NCBI GenBank assembly: GCA_001949185.1
Contig: BDGG01000011.1
Location: forward strand, 1 to 64,000
Direction of reading: 5' to 3'
Length of the DNA stretch: 64,000 nt
Source: Ramazzottius varieornatus
Taxonomy: Eukaryota; Animalia; Tardigrada
Of this stretch, positions 1-12,218 are shown in pieces. The number at the start of each line of letters is the position of its first letter. The stretch's first letter is position 1. The notes under the pieces are model-generated. The model did not search any database and was not told the origin of the DNA. It was given only the letters and a program-made list of their open reading frames with translations. A program made the translations under genes and the position numbers.

Positions 1-30
1 CGGCTGATTTTGTTGGAACGTTTCCCTTAC

Positions 31-337
31 NTAGTTCAATGCCAACCTGGGAAAACAGCTGGTAGCAGTGATAGCGATTAAGGGGAATCCCCATGATACA
101 GCAAGAAGTGAGCAGATCCACGAGCTCGTCTTCCACCTGAGCTGGAAACTTTGTTCGGCCACCATGTCGTTCTGGACGCGGATTCTGGAGACGTCTGCCG
201 AGCGTCGTTCGAGACACTCCAAAGAGCTTCGCCGCAAGCTTCTTGCTTACTCCAGATTTCTTTACCGCGTAGAGAGCAGAATCCATTAGTTCTCTGCTGA
301 CCTCGGCAGCAGTCTTGAGTTTGGAAGAAGCCATCAT
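31..337 (-). mobile_element. First exon of a pogo/Tigger-like transposase (psq-type HTH plus start of CENP-B HTH); continues beyond the window edge
   Basis: Manual translation from ATG at 337: MMASSKLKTAAEVSRELMDSALYAVKKSGVSKKLAAKLFGVSRTTLGRRLQNPRPERHGGRTKFPAQVEDELVDLLTSCCIMGIPLNRYHCYQLFSQVGIEL, then a GTAAGG donor. It has the HTH_psq pattern (AAKLFGVSRTTL) and the same phase-1 intron position as the transposase at 36.9 kb. Confidence 0.8.
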
Positions 338-720
338 AAAGATCAGGAAGATGAGTTACAACTTACAGGAATCCTTTATGATATTTGGCACAGTAGTCCA
401 TCACCATACCGTGCGAAATGAAAATTCTGTCGGAAGTACGTCATCAAGACGATTTCTTTCATTCAGACGGCATTAGAGAGCATGAAAATGCCCGGTGACG
501 TAGTCATCATGACAGCAAGCGAAGACATGCGCGCCCCTGGCGGCCCTTTGTGACTTTCTGTCGTAGGCTCTTTAACATTGGTTCGAGTCTTCCTGCTCGC
601 GAACGAAAAATCTGACGTTCTGGAAACTCTCTCAGCTTTTGTGTGGTAGCAAACAAGTTGTTAAGGTTTTATCTGTCGTTTGAGCAATAAGCAAAGCAAA
701 TCGACCCATCGGTTACTGGG

Positions 721-1555
721 TTATGGCTGTGTCCACTCCGATGTCAATTTTTGGGGTGTCCACTCCACTGCCTCCTCCTCGTAACTCGGAAGTGGTCCGC
801 CCTGAAATACGAAAACAGTTTCAAGATACTACGGTAGTCCTCGACTTTTGCCCGGTCTCATGTCCTGTTCAGCCTTAAGTTAGCCAGTTCCGCGCCTCAG
901 TATCACGTTCTCCCTGTTGCTTATGTAAAATCAGGCGACCGTGTGACATCACGGGTAAAAGACTGCGCTGTGATGGACTTACTGAGTCGCCGCCAGTACC
1001 AGCAGGGGTGAAACTGGGATATCCGAGTTTAGCTGCATCGTCCGGGAACCACAGGGTGAGGCTACAAGAGTAGGCTAATAAGACACACTCAAACACGAAT
1101 TTAACGGTCTTTCTATCATAGATCGTTTAAACTTACATGTAGCTGTCGACTTTGGCAAAGACTTCCCGACCGATGCTCTCGCTAACTTTGGCGCTGCGCG
1201 CAGCAAGGCGGAAGATGCTGGCGAGTGTCTTGCGGGCAGTGTCCAGCTGACGGTAGGAGATGCCGGTGAAGAAGTCAAACGGACGACCGGTGGTCGAAGT
1301 GTAGGAGTTGTTGGTCGGTGCGTATGCCCCATCAGCGGGATGCGGCTTTGTACCCATTGTTGCTCCGGGCGGCGTCGTGCTGAGCTTGGATGTATCGCGC
1401 CAGATCGGATCGATCTCCAGTTCGTATCCTTGGGAGTGGGATGTGTCATGGTAGTCGGAGCTCGGTCCGGAGCGGGAATCCAACAGAGCGGAAACGCTGA
1501 CTAGACAGAGTACGCCCGCCAAGAAGCCAGTCACCGCAAATTTACAAACACCCAT
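721..1555 (-). CDS. Orphan secreted protein; exons 1555-1137 and 1061-983, last exon either 913-875 or 801-721
   Basis: Signal-peptide-like N-terminus MGVCKFAVTGFLAGVLCLVSVSA. GTAAGT donors at 1136 and 982 have in-frame AG acceptors. There is a TATA-like TATATAT at 1638-1632 and a 5' UTR donor near 1597. Confidence 0.65.
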
Positions 1556-2739
1556 GGTAGCAGTAAAGCAAACACCACGAAACAACAAAATCTTACCTAA
1601 ACTCAGTGGTGAGAAGCGTTAGTTGGGTTGAATATATAAGGATATGGTTCACTGATCGCTGATCCGATGACTATCTCCTGTACCAACAATCGAGCAAGGA
1701 ACTAATGCTCGTAATTAGACCCATCCATCCTTCCGAGTGGTAGCTACAGTAAGGTCAGTTAGGACCTTAAGGCGATATTATGAGGTATGATATGGGTATT
1801 GCACCTAATTGGCGCCTGTCGTCACCTATTCGATGGCAAGTGACCTACTTGGTACGTTCGTCGGTCCGTACAGTACAGTAAATTGCCTTGTCGCTTAACT
1901 TACCGCAACTTTGCTTCTGTTGCTTATACCAATGAGCTTCAGTTCGGAAAACGGCAAATTGGGCATGTCCACACGAGAATGCGTCCAAATTTTAAAATGT
2001 TTTCGCTCGGAATGAGCTTTTTACGACTTCAAGTTATTTGAACTATCGAGCTGTACCGCAGGTTCATTTTGCTGCACTTTGCTGCGGTAACGAGATTAGA
2101 ACGAGTGGCTGAGAAATCGAATTATAGTGCAAATATTCCAGGGGTGTTGAAGGCCAACTTTTAGTGTCGGCACCACGCCCCGGCTGAAGACGACCACTTC
2201 CGGCGTGTGCTTTCTGAAGACTGTTACCTTTTGGTTACTTGATTGAAATCGGCTGCGCAAAGTGTATACCGTTACACGTGTACCACCCAGGTTTTCGACA
2301 CTTTCAGCTTCTGCCTTGTAACTTTCTGACCAGTGGTCAGAATCTGATTCCGACTTCAGTTCCGTGTTCCCTGGTGTCTGGTTAATGTGGGTTCATGTCT
2401 AGTTTAAGTTTTTGTTGGGTTGCAAAAGCTTCAATATGGTCTCCTAAACTATTTGGTCAGACCGTATGGAGATATCCAATTGTATGCACGTCCGCACCAG
2501 CTGCCCCACTCAAGTGAAAGAACATTTGGCTAGCCTATATTTCCAAGCTTTCGATTAGACTGCTCAGAAAAAGGACGAGACAGTCTCGAGAACTAGGAAA
2601 AATCTGTGCTGTAAGTAAATTCTAAAAGGTTGAGATTTACTTACATCATTTGCTTTCTGTCATTGCTGGAGTTCGGAAGACTTTATCCCCAACCAAACCA
2701 TGCACAATGTTCTCGAAAACAGTTACTGAAGAAAACGGT

Positions 2740-3600
2740 GGAGTTTATAGGGCTTACGGATCACTTATGGATGTGAAGTGGGAGCTTTGACCAACTTGCT
2801 GGTTGGCGGTTACGCCACGCTGGCGACGTCCAAGTTGTGCATGGGCTCTTTCCCATCAAGGCACTCACGCGGTGTACGAGCACGCATACTTTAATACACA
2901 GCGAACACCGTAGATTAATTTGATCCTTTGTTCTACACCGCCTGATGGATTTAATGAAGAACAAAATACCGCGTCTACTTCAGTATTAGATTTTAGACGG
3001 AGAGGGCCGACGGACGGTGTTGATCGAGACTGCCCGGCTGCCGACCGTAATTGAGCCCGACAGTATTTCTGTTTCTGATCACCCTTCTGCGCGCTCGTTT
3101 GTCGTGTCCGTCGTCGGTCTGCAGTACGACCAAACTCATAAGCGATTTTATGTAGACATTTTTAGATTTTATTTCCATTTACTTTTTGGTGCATGAGACC
3201 GCATGACTACGAGGCATCACTCAACATGAAACGGATAACCGTGATTTGCGTCGTGCCGTTTTTCTGCCGCACTTCGGTACATCCTCGGCCTCCTCCATCA
3301 GCCAGCCCGCAACCTCGACCACTGGTCGGATATCCAAACCCAGCAAAAGTCCAATAGCTTTTGGACCCATTCCCAGCGTCCCATTGGGTGAAGCGGGCTA
3401 TCTCTATCCGAAAGATCCACTTTCGTATCCTGGACATGTTTCGTACACCATCCACGAAACCTTGCCGTTTGGCGAAGGGACTTCGTACGATGACGGAACA
3501 TATGACCACCATTCCAAAAACGACTATCCACGGGAGCACCCCTATGAACATCTTGTTCGAGACTACTTCGGTCGTTTAATTATTCGTCCTGTCGCGCACG
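2740..3600 (+). pseudogene. Possible decayed or unknown multi-exon gene fragments
   Basis: Protein-like segments (DGEGRRTVLIETARLPTVIEPD...; PLGEAGYLYPKDPLSYPGHVSY...) with some splice-like borders, but also stops. No family recognised. Confidence 0.25.
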
Positions 3601-3688
3601 GCCGTAGACATTTTCCGATTTACCACCATATCCCTAACTGTTGCGCGAGCGCCACCCACAGGCCTGCCTGGTGGCGCTTACGAGGGGA

Positions 3689-4185
3689 TTATGCCTGCCC
3701 CGACGTCCCGACAGTCAAACCGTCCCGGCAAAACGATAGAAGAGAGTTTCTTCTTTGACATGAGCTAAGGAGCTAAATCCCCCGACAATCCTGGAATAAA
3801 CTACAGGAATCGGAAGTGACAAACCTAAACTACAACAGTGACGTAAGCTCTTTGATTGGGAGTTTGATTGAACAGATTGCAACTCAGTCGATCAGCTGCT
3901 CCGTCAGATTCGGACTGGATGGTGTGCTATCGGTCATCTTCAGCTAATGTTGGCACGCTGTTCGTGATGCTGTTGATCAGCTGAACAGCTTGTTTGTAAT
4001 GTCTTCAATCAACAATCGCAATCAAAGAGCTGTACGTCACTGCGGCACACTGGAGCAGACAATGGACTTTCATTTCCGAGTCCTGTAGTTAATTCGAGGA
4101 TGGTCGGGGGGATCTAGCTCAGATCATAGAAGGAACGCTCTTCTAACGTTTTGCCGGGACGGTTTGACTGTCGGGACAGGCATAA
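3689..4185. mobile_element. Foldback/MITE element with long imperfect inverted arms
   Basis: Left arm ...tcccgacagtcaaaccgtcccggcaaaacgatagaagagag... is the reverse complement of right arm ...ctcttctaacgttttgccgggacggtttgactgtcgggacaggcataa. Pairing runs about 200 nt inward. TA at both ends. Confidence 0.85.
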
Positions 4186-4369
4186 CGGCCGAGAGATCAA
4201 AGAAGAGAGACTTATTCACATCTGATGCCACAGCGTTACGTCACACAGTTATCAGTTGTACGTACGCGATGGAGCCACGTAGCCTATAACACATGACGAC
4301 ACGTTATAGCACATTCACCACGAGGACAAGGCCAGCAGCCGGCAGAACAGTAGTGAGCTACTTAACCTA

Positions 4370-4580
4370 GTAGACTAGCGGTCAACTACTGATGACTGCT
4401 GGCTGACCCAGCAAGACCAATGGTCAATCAAGCAGGAAAAATGGTCAACCACCAGTAGCCAACGGTCAACCTAGCAAACCCAGTGGTCAACCACTAGCGG
4501 TCAGTCCAGCAAGGCCAATGGTCAACCATCGGTAGTGAACCTAGTAACAATAGCAAGACCCATGGCCATGGTCTACCTGC
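4370..4580 (+). repeat. Degenerate tandem array of GGTCAACC / CCAGCAAG motifs
   Basis: Variants of (c/t)ggtcaacc recur about every 15-35 nt between 4378 and 4577. Confidence 0.65.
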
Positions 4581-4624
4581 TACCCTGTTGATCGTACAGT
4601 ACCAGTGGTGTGATCGACAGGGTA
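4581..4624. mobile_element. Tiny TA-flanked hairpin (MITE-like)
   Basis: taccctgttgatcgtac...gtgtgatcgacagggta is an inverted repeat. Confidence 0.55.
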
Positions 4625-5092
4625 ATCAATTCCGTTCTAACCAATTCAGAAAAGTTTATGACTGATTAAAATGTGGTTGATTACGTCCGAAGTCATGACT
4701 GATGACTCAGCAAAAACCAGAAAAATACCTGAAAAGTTCAAAAAAGTAAGAAAAATTAGGGAATCTTCCTGAGAACAGGATCGTGCTGTTAGGCGCTCGA
4801 GCATACCCTGAAGGGCATGCCGTTCAGGGCTCCTTGGATATTATTCTAACAACGGCGACGATTATCGTACATTCACAGATTAGTCTGAGAGCTGTTTGGC
4901 CTATCGGATGTCTCTGGTATTCAACTGCTCACCTGCTCAACAGACGTATCGTCTATTATTAATAGAGCGTTCATCCCGCTTCCGCGCTCACCCACAAATA
5001 TTCCCTTTTTAACCATGTGTCTTTGCAGGCTATGTCGTTTACTTCAACTTTTTTACAGCTCTGTTATAAACTACCATTCGAGAACCGAACTT

Positions 5093-7566
5093 TCATTTCT
5101 TCGATTTTTCTGGGCCCGAGTTTTTCCTTGGCACTGAGATAGTAGTTTTAACAGAACCCTGAGACGGTATAGCAGAAACAGCAGGAGTGAGTAGTCCCTT
5201 ATTTTGAGCAGCGTGCTGTAAAGCTTGTTGAACTAGCGATGTTGTATTGTTTCGGGAGCTTGCACCGGGAACATTGATCGACTTGCTTCCGGTTAGGCTC
5301 TTTTGATTCGCTCCGTCGGCTTGGGTTGGGTTTTCTTGTTGAACCGATGATGGGTGAGTGCTCAGTGATCTTTTCCTCACGTCGTTCCTGTCGGAGTTTG
5401 GTCTGAGTGTCGCCGTCTGTGACTCCCTCGTCCGAAGCTCATCCGTTGTCACTCTCCAATTTTCGTACTTCATCGACACACTCCGCCTGTCGGTGTAGTC
5501 GTCGAAGTCCGGCTGACGTATTTGCAGGTTTGGTGCAATCTGTTTGTATAGGGGAGATCTCTGGGCAGCTTTGTGAATTTTTTGCATCAACTCGAAATGG
5601 CGCCTCCTCTCAGCCATCTCCTTTTCCTCGGTCAGTTTCGCCCTGCAATAAACTGATCTCAGTTTTAAAACACCCTGTTGTGAAATTGTACTTTCTTACG
5701 AATGGTTGACGATGCACAGGTCAAAACTCCTCTGATCCATATCCATCATGACTTTAAGAGTGTAGTAAGCTAGGCTGTGTATCGACTTGTTCCAATGCCC
5801 CGTACTGATTTTGTACAAAGTCGGGTAGAGTATCGGGAACAGAACTGCAGAATGATTCCTCAGTAGTCCGAGTATATAGTCATTGCCGAAAAAAAACAGG
5901 GATCTTTCCGCAATCTGAAAATGTGGGCTAGCGGCACTCAGAGCCAACTGTTTGAACACCGGTACCATAATCTTGGGAAACTGTTCAGGCTCCATCACAT
6001 CCAGAAGTTCTTCCAGCTCGTTCAAAAACATCACTTCCTTCGCCCCGTCCGTCTTTGGCCATAGCCTTAGGAAATGTGTAATGAGATCGGCCGACAAAGA
6101 AGGGTCTTTCTCAAGGTACTGTACAGTGCAGTATGCGAGCTGTGGATGAAACTGTACAAGACCCGCTACTTTGTGCAATGGTATGAGGATCTTGAAGAGG
6201 AACAGCCGATGCTCTTCGCGAAGAGGCACTGCGAAGCCGTTGATGATACTGCCGAGGATCTCGAGAATTTCAGCGAGACCGTGATGCCGACCTACTTCGT
6301 AGATTACCCGGTAGAAGATGTTGTTGAACTGCTTGCGAATGTAGGTGCGGAGCATTAGGAACTTGCCGTACATTCGATGTACGATGGCTTTGAGAAGGTC
6401 ACGTTCACGAGGATCTTCACTGTCGAAGAGTTGCAGGAGTTGGAGTACGAAGGTATGGTCGATAAACTTGACGGCCAGTTGTGCCTACGATAAGCCAACT
6501 GTACCTCAGTTAGACAGAAGTGTTGCTCCTAGTTCAAGTTCACTTAAAACTACAGTAACGTATTCAAGTTAGAGGTGGCAAAATATCGGATGCGTATGTT
6601 CGAGTTCTGAAATAAATCAAAGGAAAATGTGAACAAGAGGTACACGCACGACGAGAAATTGTAGCCAGCAAAAATTATGAGGCAGGCGGAAAAGACGGCG
6701 AAATGAAAATTCAACGGCAGAAGAGTGTGGGAAAATGCATTAGTGTGAATCAGTCGCGTACGTACATGCTTCCGTACCGTAGTAGCGAAAAGGCCTGGTC
6801 CATAACTTTTACTGGCCCATAATTTCTTGTCGTGCGTGTATGAGAAACTAGTACGTACACTGAAATAAATATCGAGATCTAACTATATTATCTACCTATA
6901 CCGAGAGCTTCAAAATTCCTTTTTTAGACTTACGTTGAAATCAGGAGATTCGAGCATGCCCAGAAAGACATTATACACAAGTTGCAGATGCGGCCAAGCA
7001 ACTTCCATTGTCGGTTCCTCCGCTTCAGCCACCGGATCAAACTCAGGTATGATATTGGGGTTTATCGGCGGCAATGCCCTGAACGCATTTACCGCCACCA
7101 GGTTGATCACTTCAGGATAAATGGGCTCGGTCAATATTCCTCGAACCGATCTCAACACATCACAAAGCTCTTGTAATGTGATGCGTTTAGTTTCCTTCTG
7201 AGCAATATCCCTGGTCGGATCTCCCATGTCGTATACTGCACAACAGCCCCGACACTTTGCAATGAAGCGATTCTCGCGCTCGTGTGGGTCCTTCGTGTCC
7301 AGGACCTTCCCTATCCGCGGCATGTCATTTCCGGCAGTCCCACTAGCCAAGATGGATGAGCGTCGGCGTGGAGGTTGCTCGACGATTGCATCAATATTGG
7401 GCAATGTTGCACGAACTGATCCAGCGTTAACAAACCCTTGCGAACTTGTGCTGGCCGATGGAGATAACGGGATCGGCGCAAGTGGACTAGCAGATGCACG
7501 GATGTTATCAATGGCTGGAGTAATGCCCGAATCTTTTCTGTTTGTCTTCTTGGATCCTTCGGACAT
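5093..7566 (-). CDS. PPP2R5: Protein phosphatase 2A regulatory subunit B'/B56; exons 7566-6934, 6484-5700, 5642-5093
   Basis: B56 hallmarks [64 protein letters not shown] and HWNKSI. Canonical GT-AG introns join the three ORFs in frame. Confidence 0.96.
6641..6840. mobile_element. MITE with CACGC termini and TA flanks, in B56 intron 1 (CMC/EnSpm-like ends)
   Basis: TA|CACGCACGACGAGAAATT...AATTTCTTGTCGTGCGTG|TA, with imperfect TIRs of about 45 nt. Confidence 0.8.
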
Positions 7567-9516
7567 GGCGGATCGGGAAAATGGGGGCTAAGGTGGAATG
7601 GTAAATTTTAGCATTGAGATTAGGATAATACAGAAAAATAACCCACACAGTACATTTACGACCGAGTGTTTTTTACCGCGCTGTGGAACGCCCCGTCAAA
7701 AAGCGACGTGGTGTTGGGACAGGAAAATGCTCGTTTTTGGTGCTGTAAGTACGAAGCGTAGCAACAAATGCAGTATACGTAGGTCCAAAACTCCCAAACT
7801 GCGTCACGAACTATCCATACCCAACCCGAAAAAAAATCTGCTGAAAACAGACAGACGCACTTGTGCGGCTCATCAGGTGTCCGACTTCGTTTGACGGGAT
7901 GCTGTGACTCCAGCATGGAAAAGCGAAGAATCAAAACGAACCAGTGTACCATTCTTCTACAACGATCCGCCACAAGAATGAATTTACACCACACACCAAC
8001 ACGCGCCTCAGCGTGCTTCGTCAGCGCACGATATATACTTCACCATGTTCTCTGATTTCATGCGAAATTTTAATTTGTCAGTGACTAATGTAAGCTGATG
8101 CGTTAATATCCGCGTTGCGAAAATTGTGGCGTGAAACCGTACTGAGCGGAAGCACACTCATATGGCTTGGAGCGTAATGACGCTCTTTTGCACTGAAACC
8201 GGCTTTCACAAGGTGCGCAAGATGTTTGGACGTCAGAGAACCAAACTGCGGAAAATGCAAAAGTGTTCCACTGATGAGCGTAGGATATAAGCTGCTCGGT
8301 TGAGTATCATATGTATCATCATAAGTATGACAAGGTATCATATATTCTCGATCTTGTAACTGTAATATCCCCTTACGAATCTTACCGAAAACGCTGCAAC
8401 AGTCCCGAATCTAAGGGTTTATTTCAGTTCCTATTTAGTAACTTTACACAGTTTCGGGAACTCGGATCTGTTCAGCGTCATCCTTGCAGTTCTTATCTTT
8501 CTGTCCTTTTTCTGTGTCTGGAACTGCACAGACTGCGGGCCCGCATCGCTACGTCAACAGCAGCGAAAACTTGGGTTACGGGGAGCAGACCAGTAATGCG
8601 CACCTTACACATCCTGTAGATTTGTGAACCCAAACGGTTTTGCTTTTGCTCGCGCATGTGGAAATCTGGTTGGAGGGAGTAGTCCGGCATGCAAGTCAAC
8701 GCACGAGCTCGCGTGAACGGACAGTTCTTAATGGCGCAGGATATGGAGGTGGCAGAGAGTAGACACGGAAGTTCTGATTCCTGGCAGTTCGCGGTCCGTC
8801 ATTTACAGGAGAACTCACTCCGGCTACTTCGAAAAAAAAATCAATGTCAAGGTCTTGTTGACCTACCTGTATTTGTTAATGTTCGGGCTTCTATGCTTGT
8901 GGAAGCATCTAACGGCTTGCGAGAGTATTGTGATTTGTGAGATGTCCTGTGATAATTTTCGCATTGAAAAATCATCGATTATATTACAGGGCAGTGTTCC
9001 AACCTTTTGTCTTCCAATTTCGGGCAAGATAGTATCTCCACAATATCCACTTCCTGGTTCCACATTAATTATTCTGAAAACAACTCGTTGGCAGTTTCGT
9101 CTTTGTGATAAAGGTTGCACGCGTTAACCCGATAACTACGAGCTCCTGAAGATGTGGAATGACTTCCACCCGTGGCACCACCATGGTACAGCCTAGCATG
9201 GCTTTACGCCCAGTACTTGGCGTAAAGACATGCTATCAAATATGTATCGTGAATGAACACATAGAGCTACTCTTCCTTCCGTGTTGTCCGTGCACAGACA
9301 GCTTCCGCTCCAGCAGTGGGTAGTGAGGAGCTAACTGGATGTTTAATGAGGACTTATAGGACATAGCTGGGGTTTCCGGGTTAATGTCAATGCCTGAACT
9401 TGTCAAGATTAGTGTCAGGCTAACAGGCTTCACAATAGGATCTCACTCGATCGGAATACATCCTATTGAAGACTAACAACTTGTTTTGTCTGGATATCAT
9501 CGAATCCCATTCTCCC

Positions 9517-11588
9517 ATGACTGATCTTTTAACCGAGCTGCAGTGCACGCAGCCGCCGTTTGCCAACTGTTTTCGACTAATCGTTCTTGGTAAGTTTGCG
9601 GGCAACTGATAGTCACCATGTAAATCTAAAGGTCAAACTGGATGACGTTTTTTTCCGATGACTTTTGTTTACCGGAATGGAGAAAAGGTTACCGTACGCC
9701 CACGGGGATAAAGGCTACGGAAGGTCAGTAATGTATCTTTGACTGAATTCCCCAGGGTCGGCGAAGGTTGGGAAAACGAATATAGTCAGACGATTCCTCC
9801 ATAATGAGTTCACTGACGTTTACTTGCCCACCATCGAAGATTTCCACCGGAAGATTTACAAGATCCACAACGATGTTTACCAACTGGACGTTTTGGATAC
9901 TTCCGGGATGCACCCATTTCCAGCTATGCGGCGCCTTTCCTTTCTCACAGGTGGTTTTCTTGTTATTCATTGAAAACACATTGCGCCGATTATTTTGGAA
10001 GTGGCAACAACTCTTCAAAAAAATTTAATACGTTGCGATCGAGTTCGAAAACATTGTGGTTATGATCCAAAGCCGTCTTCTGGACACAGCTGTTTTTCTA
10101 CAGTATGTTGTTTCCTGTGCACTGATTCTTGATTTGATGAACGCGGTTTATTTTTCAGGTGATGCGTTCATTCTGGTGTACAGCGTGGATTCACGCGAGT
10201 CCTTCGAGGAAGTCCTACGTCTACGGGAGCAAATCCTGGAATCCATAAGATCTGCTGATGCCGGAAGTAATACTAAGAGAAAGCAGCACCCTAAGTCAGC
10301 TATTCGTGTTCCCATCGTTATTGCAGGTAATATAACAAGATCTTAAGAGGACAGACTGCTCCCTTCCTTCCGGCTTTGCCCAGCCATACCAATGTGAACT
10401 ACAGTAAAAGGCAGCTGCAAGTCAATAAGGTTTTTAAAGACCTAGCTGGCTGATCCCAGACGTTCAGGAAACAAAGCATATCCGTTTCCCATTCGCATTT
10501 CGCGCTAGTCAGTCGAAAGCGGTGTCCAGGATCCGGTGTCGAACTCAGCTGTGTCCCTGTCTTTGTTGAAAGGACCAAGTATATGTCATCGATGCTTGCC
10601 TTATTATATTTGACGACAAGGAATCCTAAAAGAAAAACGTCTGGCACTTTCTGCGGTCAACCGTCAAAACTATTCTATTAGGTGTTTTCCCGTCAGAATC
10701 GAGCAGTCAAACACGAAGCAGGCAGGCAGTTGAAGTCCTCGAATAATACATGACGCCCTGTCGTTTGTGTGTGGTAAAAAGTGCCATCAGCCACCAAGTC
10801 AGATAACATTAATAGCGATCACGAATCTTTGGTTAGTATTTGTACCAAGATTTTGGTATCGGATGCCCGGAGAAATCTCTAACGTTGATTGAGTACGGTA
10901 TTCACGGCCATGGGATTTAAAGAACCCGTTTTTAGGCAATAAAGCGGATAGACCGCCTTCGCAACACGTGGTCCCAAGTACAGAGGTGGAAGCCACTTTA
11001 GCCCGACTCAAAGAACGTTGTGCTTTTGTGGAGTGCAGCGCTAAAGCCAACGTCAATATTGTCGAGCTCTTCGAGACCTTATTTATCTTGGCGGATCTGC
11101 CTGACGAGATGATCCCCAACCCTGACAGGCGCATCTCCCTGACTCACGGCGGTCGCCACGTCGTGATTAATGGCCCTAATTTCGCTTTACACTCTCGCCC
11201 ACAGCAGAACCAGGGCAACGATGCTAGCACAAGAAGGAACAAGTGGAAGGAAGCCAAGACGGCGATGGTGTCAGCCCAGGGACCGGCACTCTTCTCGGCA
11301 GCCAACGGCATAACTTTACGAAGGAGGCTAAGTGACGCATATTCCGCCCTGATAACTAATGTCAGGCGACCCTCCATTAAAGCTGATTTAATCATGGTGC
11401 ATCGGAAACGCCAACAGACGGAATCGAAGAACCAGGGAAAACCCAGGAACAAGTACCGGCAGAAGAAGAGGACGAGGGAAGACCGGCAGTGGAGTAGCGA
11501 ACGAGAGGCGTCCTTGCAGTCGGTTCTCGATGACGAGGAGGAAGAACTTTCGAGGTTCGCCTTCTGGAGGAAACGCATCTGCTGCTGA
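9517..11588 (+). CDS. RASD: RASD (Dexras1/Rhes)-family small GTPase; exons 9517-9589, 9756-9950, 10159-10326, 10936-11588
   Basis: RLIVLGSAKVGKT (G1), PTIEDFHRKIY (G2), LDVLDTSGMHPFPAMRRLSFLTGD (G3), GNKAD (G4), ECSAK (G5) and the RASD-type RRPSIKADL. All introns are GT-AG and in frame. AATAAA near 11727. Confidence 0.93.
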
Positions 11589-11749
11589 ATTTCCCTCAAA
11601 CTCTTTTATGGCGCAAAGCGCGCTTCTCTTCAGTTTCAGAGTAAATTCCCTCTCAGAAGCTTCTCTTCGATTTTTTTACTGTACGAGTAACGTTGTTTTT
11701 TCTAGTCCATGAAAAGAAACGACGATAATAAAATTTGCCCACTTAACTT

Positions 11750-11885
11750 ACCCAAGTGGCGCATTCTCTCCGCCAAGCGCAAAGGATACGTGCGCCTGCG
11801 TCACTTGGAAACTCGATAAGATCGCAAGTTTGCAAGTGGCGCACGCTTCCAACCCGCAACACCAACAACGTGCGCCACGTGATAC
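11750..11885. repeat. Two degenerate copies of the CAAGTGGCGCACG hairpin family
   Basis: cccaagtggcgca...tgcgtcacttgg and caagtggcgcacg...cgtgcgccac; same motif as at 38365, 39384 and 57241. Confidence 0.65.
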
Positions 11886-12218
11886 AACTCTATGGGTGAA
11901 ATTATCTGCAGACGTCTCAACGATGGACTACAAGACATGGATTCGAGATATCTGGCGACGGGTTTTTGTTTCGTTTCTGACAGATAAGAATTTTGAAATA
12001 AACAAACTTACAACAAAGACCGGTTTCTCAGCTCGGCAAAAAAACGATGGGAAATCTCATAACGACTTTGTTCGTTCGTTCGGAAGAGTTCGTCTCTACG
12101 CTCAACCTTCGCGTATCACAACAGAAGGCCGAAAAGAAAATGCTCCGTAGAAAAATCAACAATGCTTTCGAAGTCAGCACAGATTTTGCAACGAATGCTA
12201 CCGTATCCAGTTTAAAAT

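Noticed and set aside
4370-4580. CRISPR-like repeat array
   Set aside because: The repeats are short, degenerate and irregularly spaced, there are no cas genes, and the context is eukaryotic.
7598-9433. Short ORFs between the B56 and RASD genes
   Set aside because: No recognisable motifs or consistent splice pattern; likely intergenic or unrecognisable debris.
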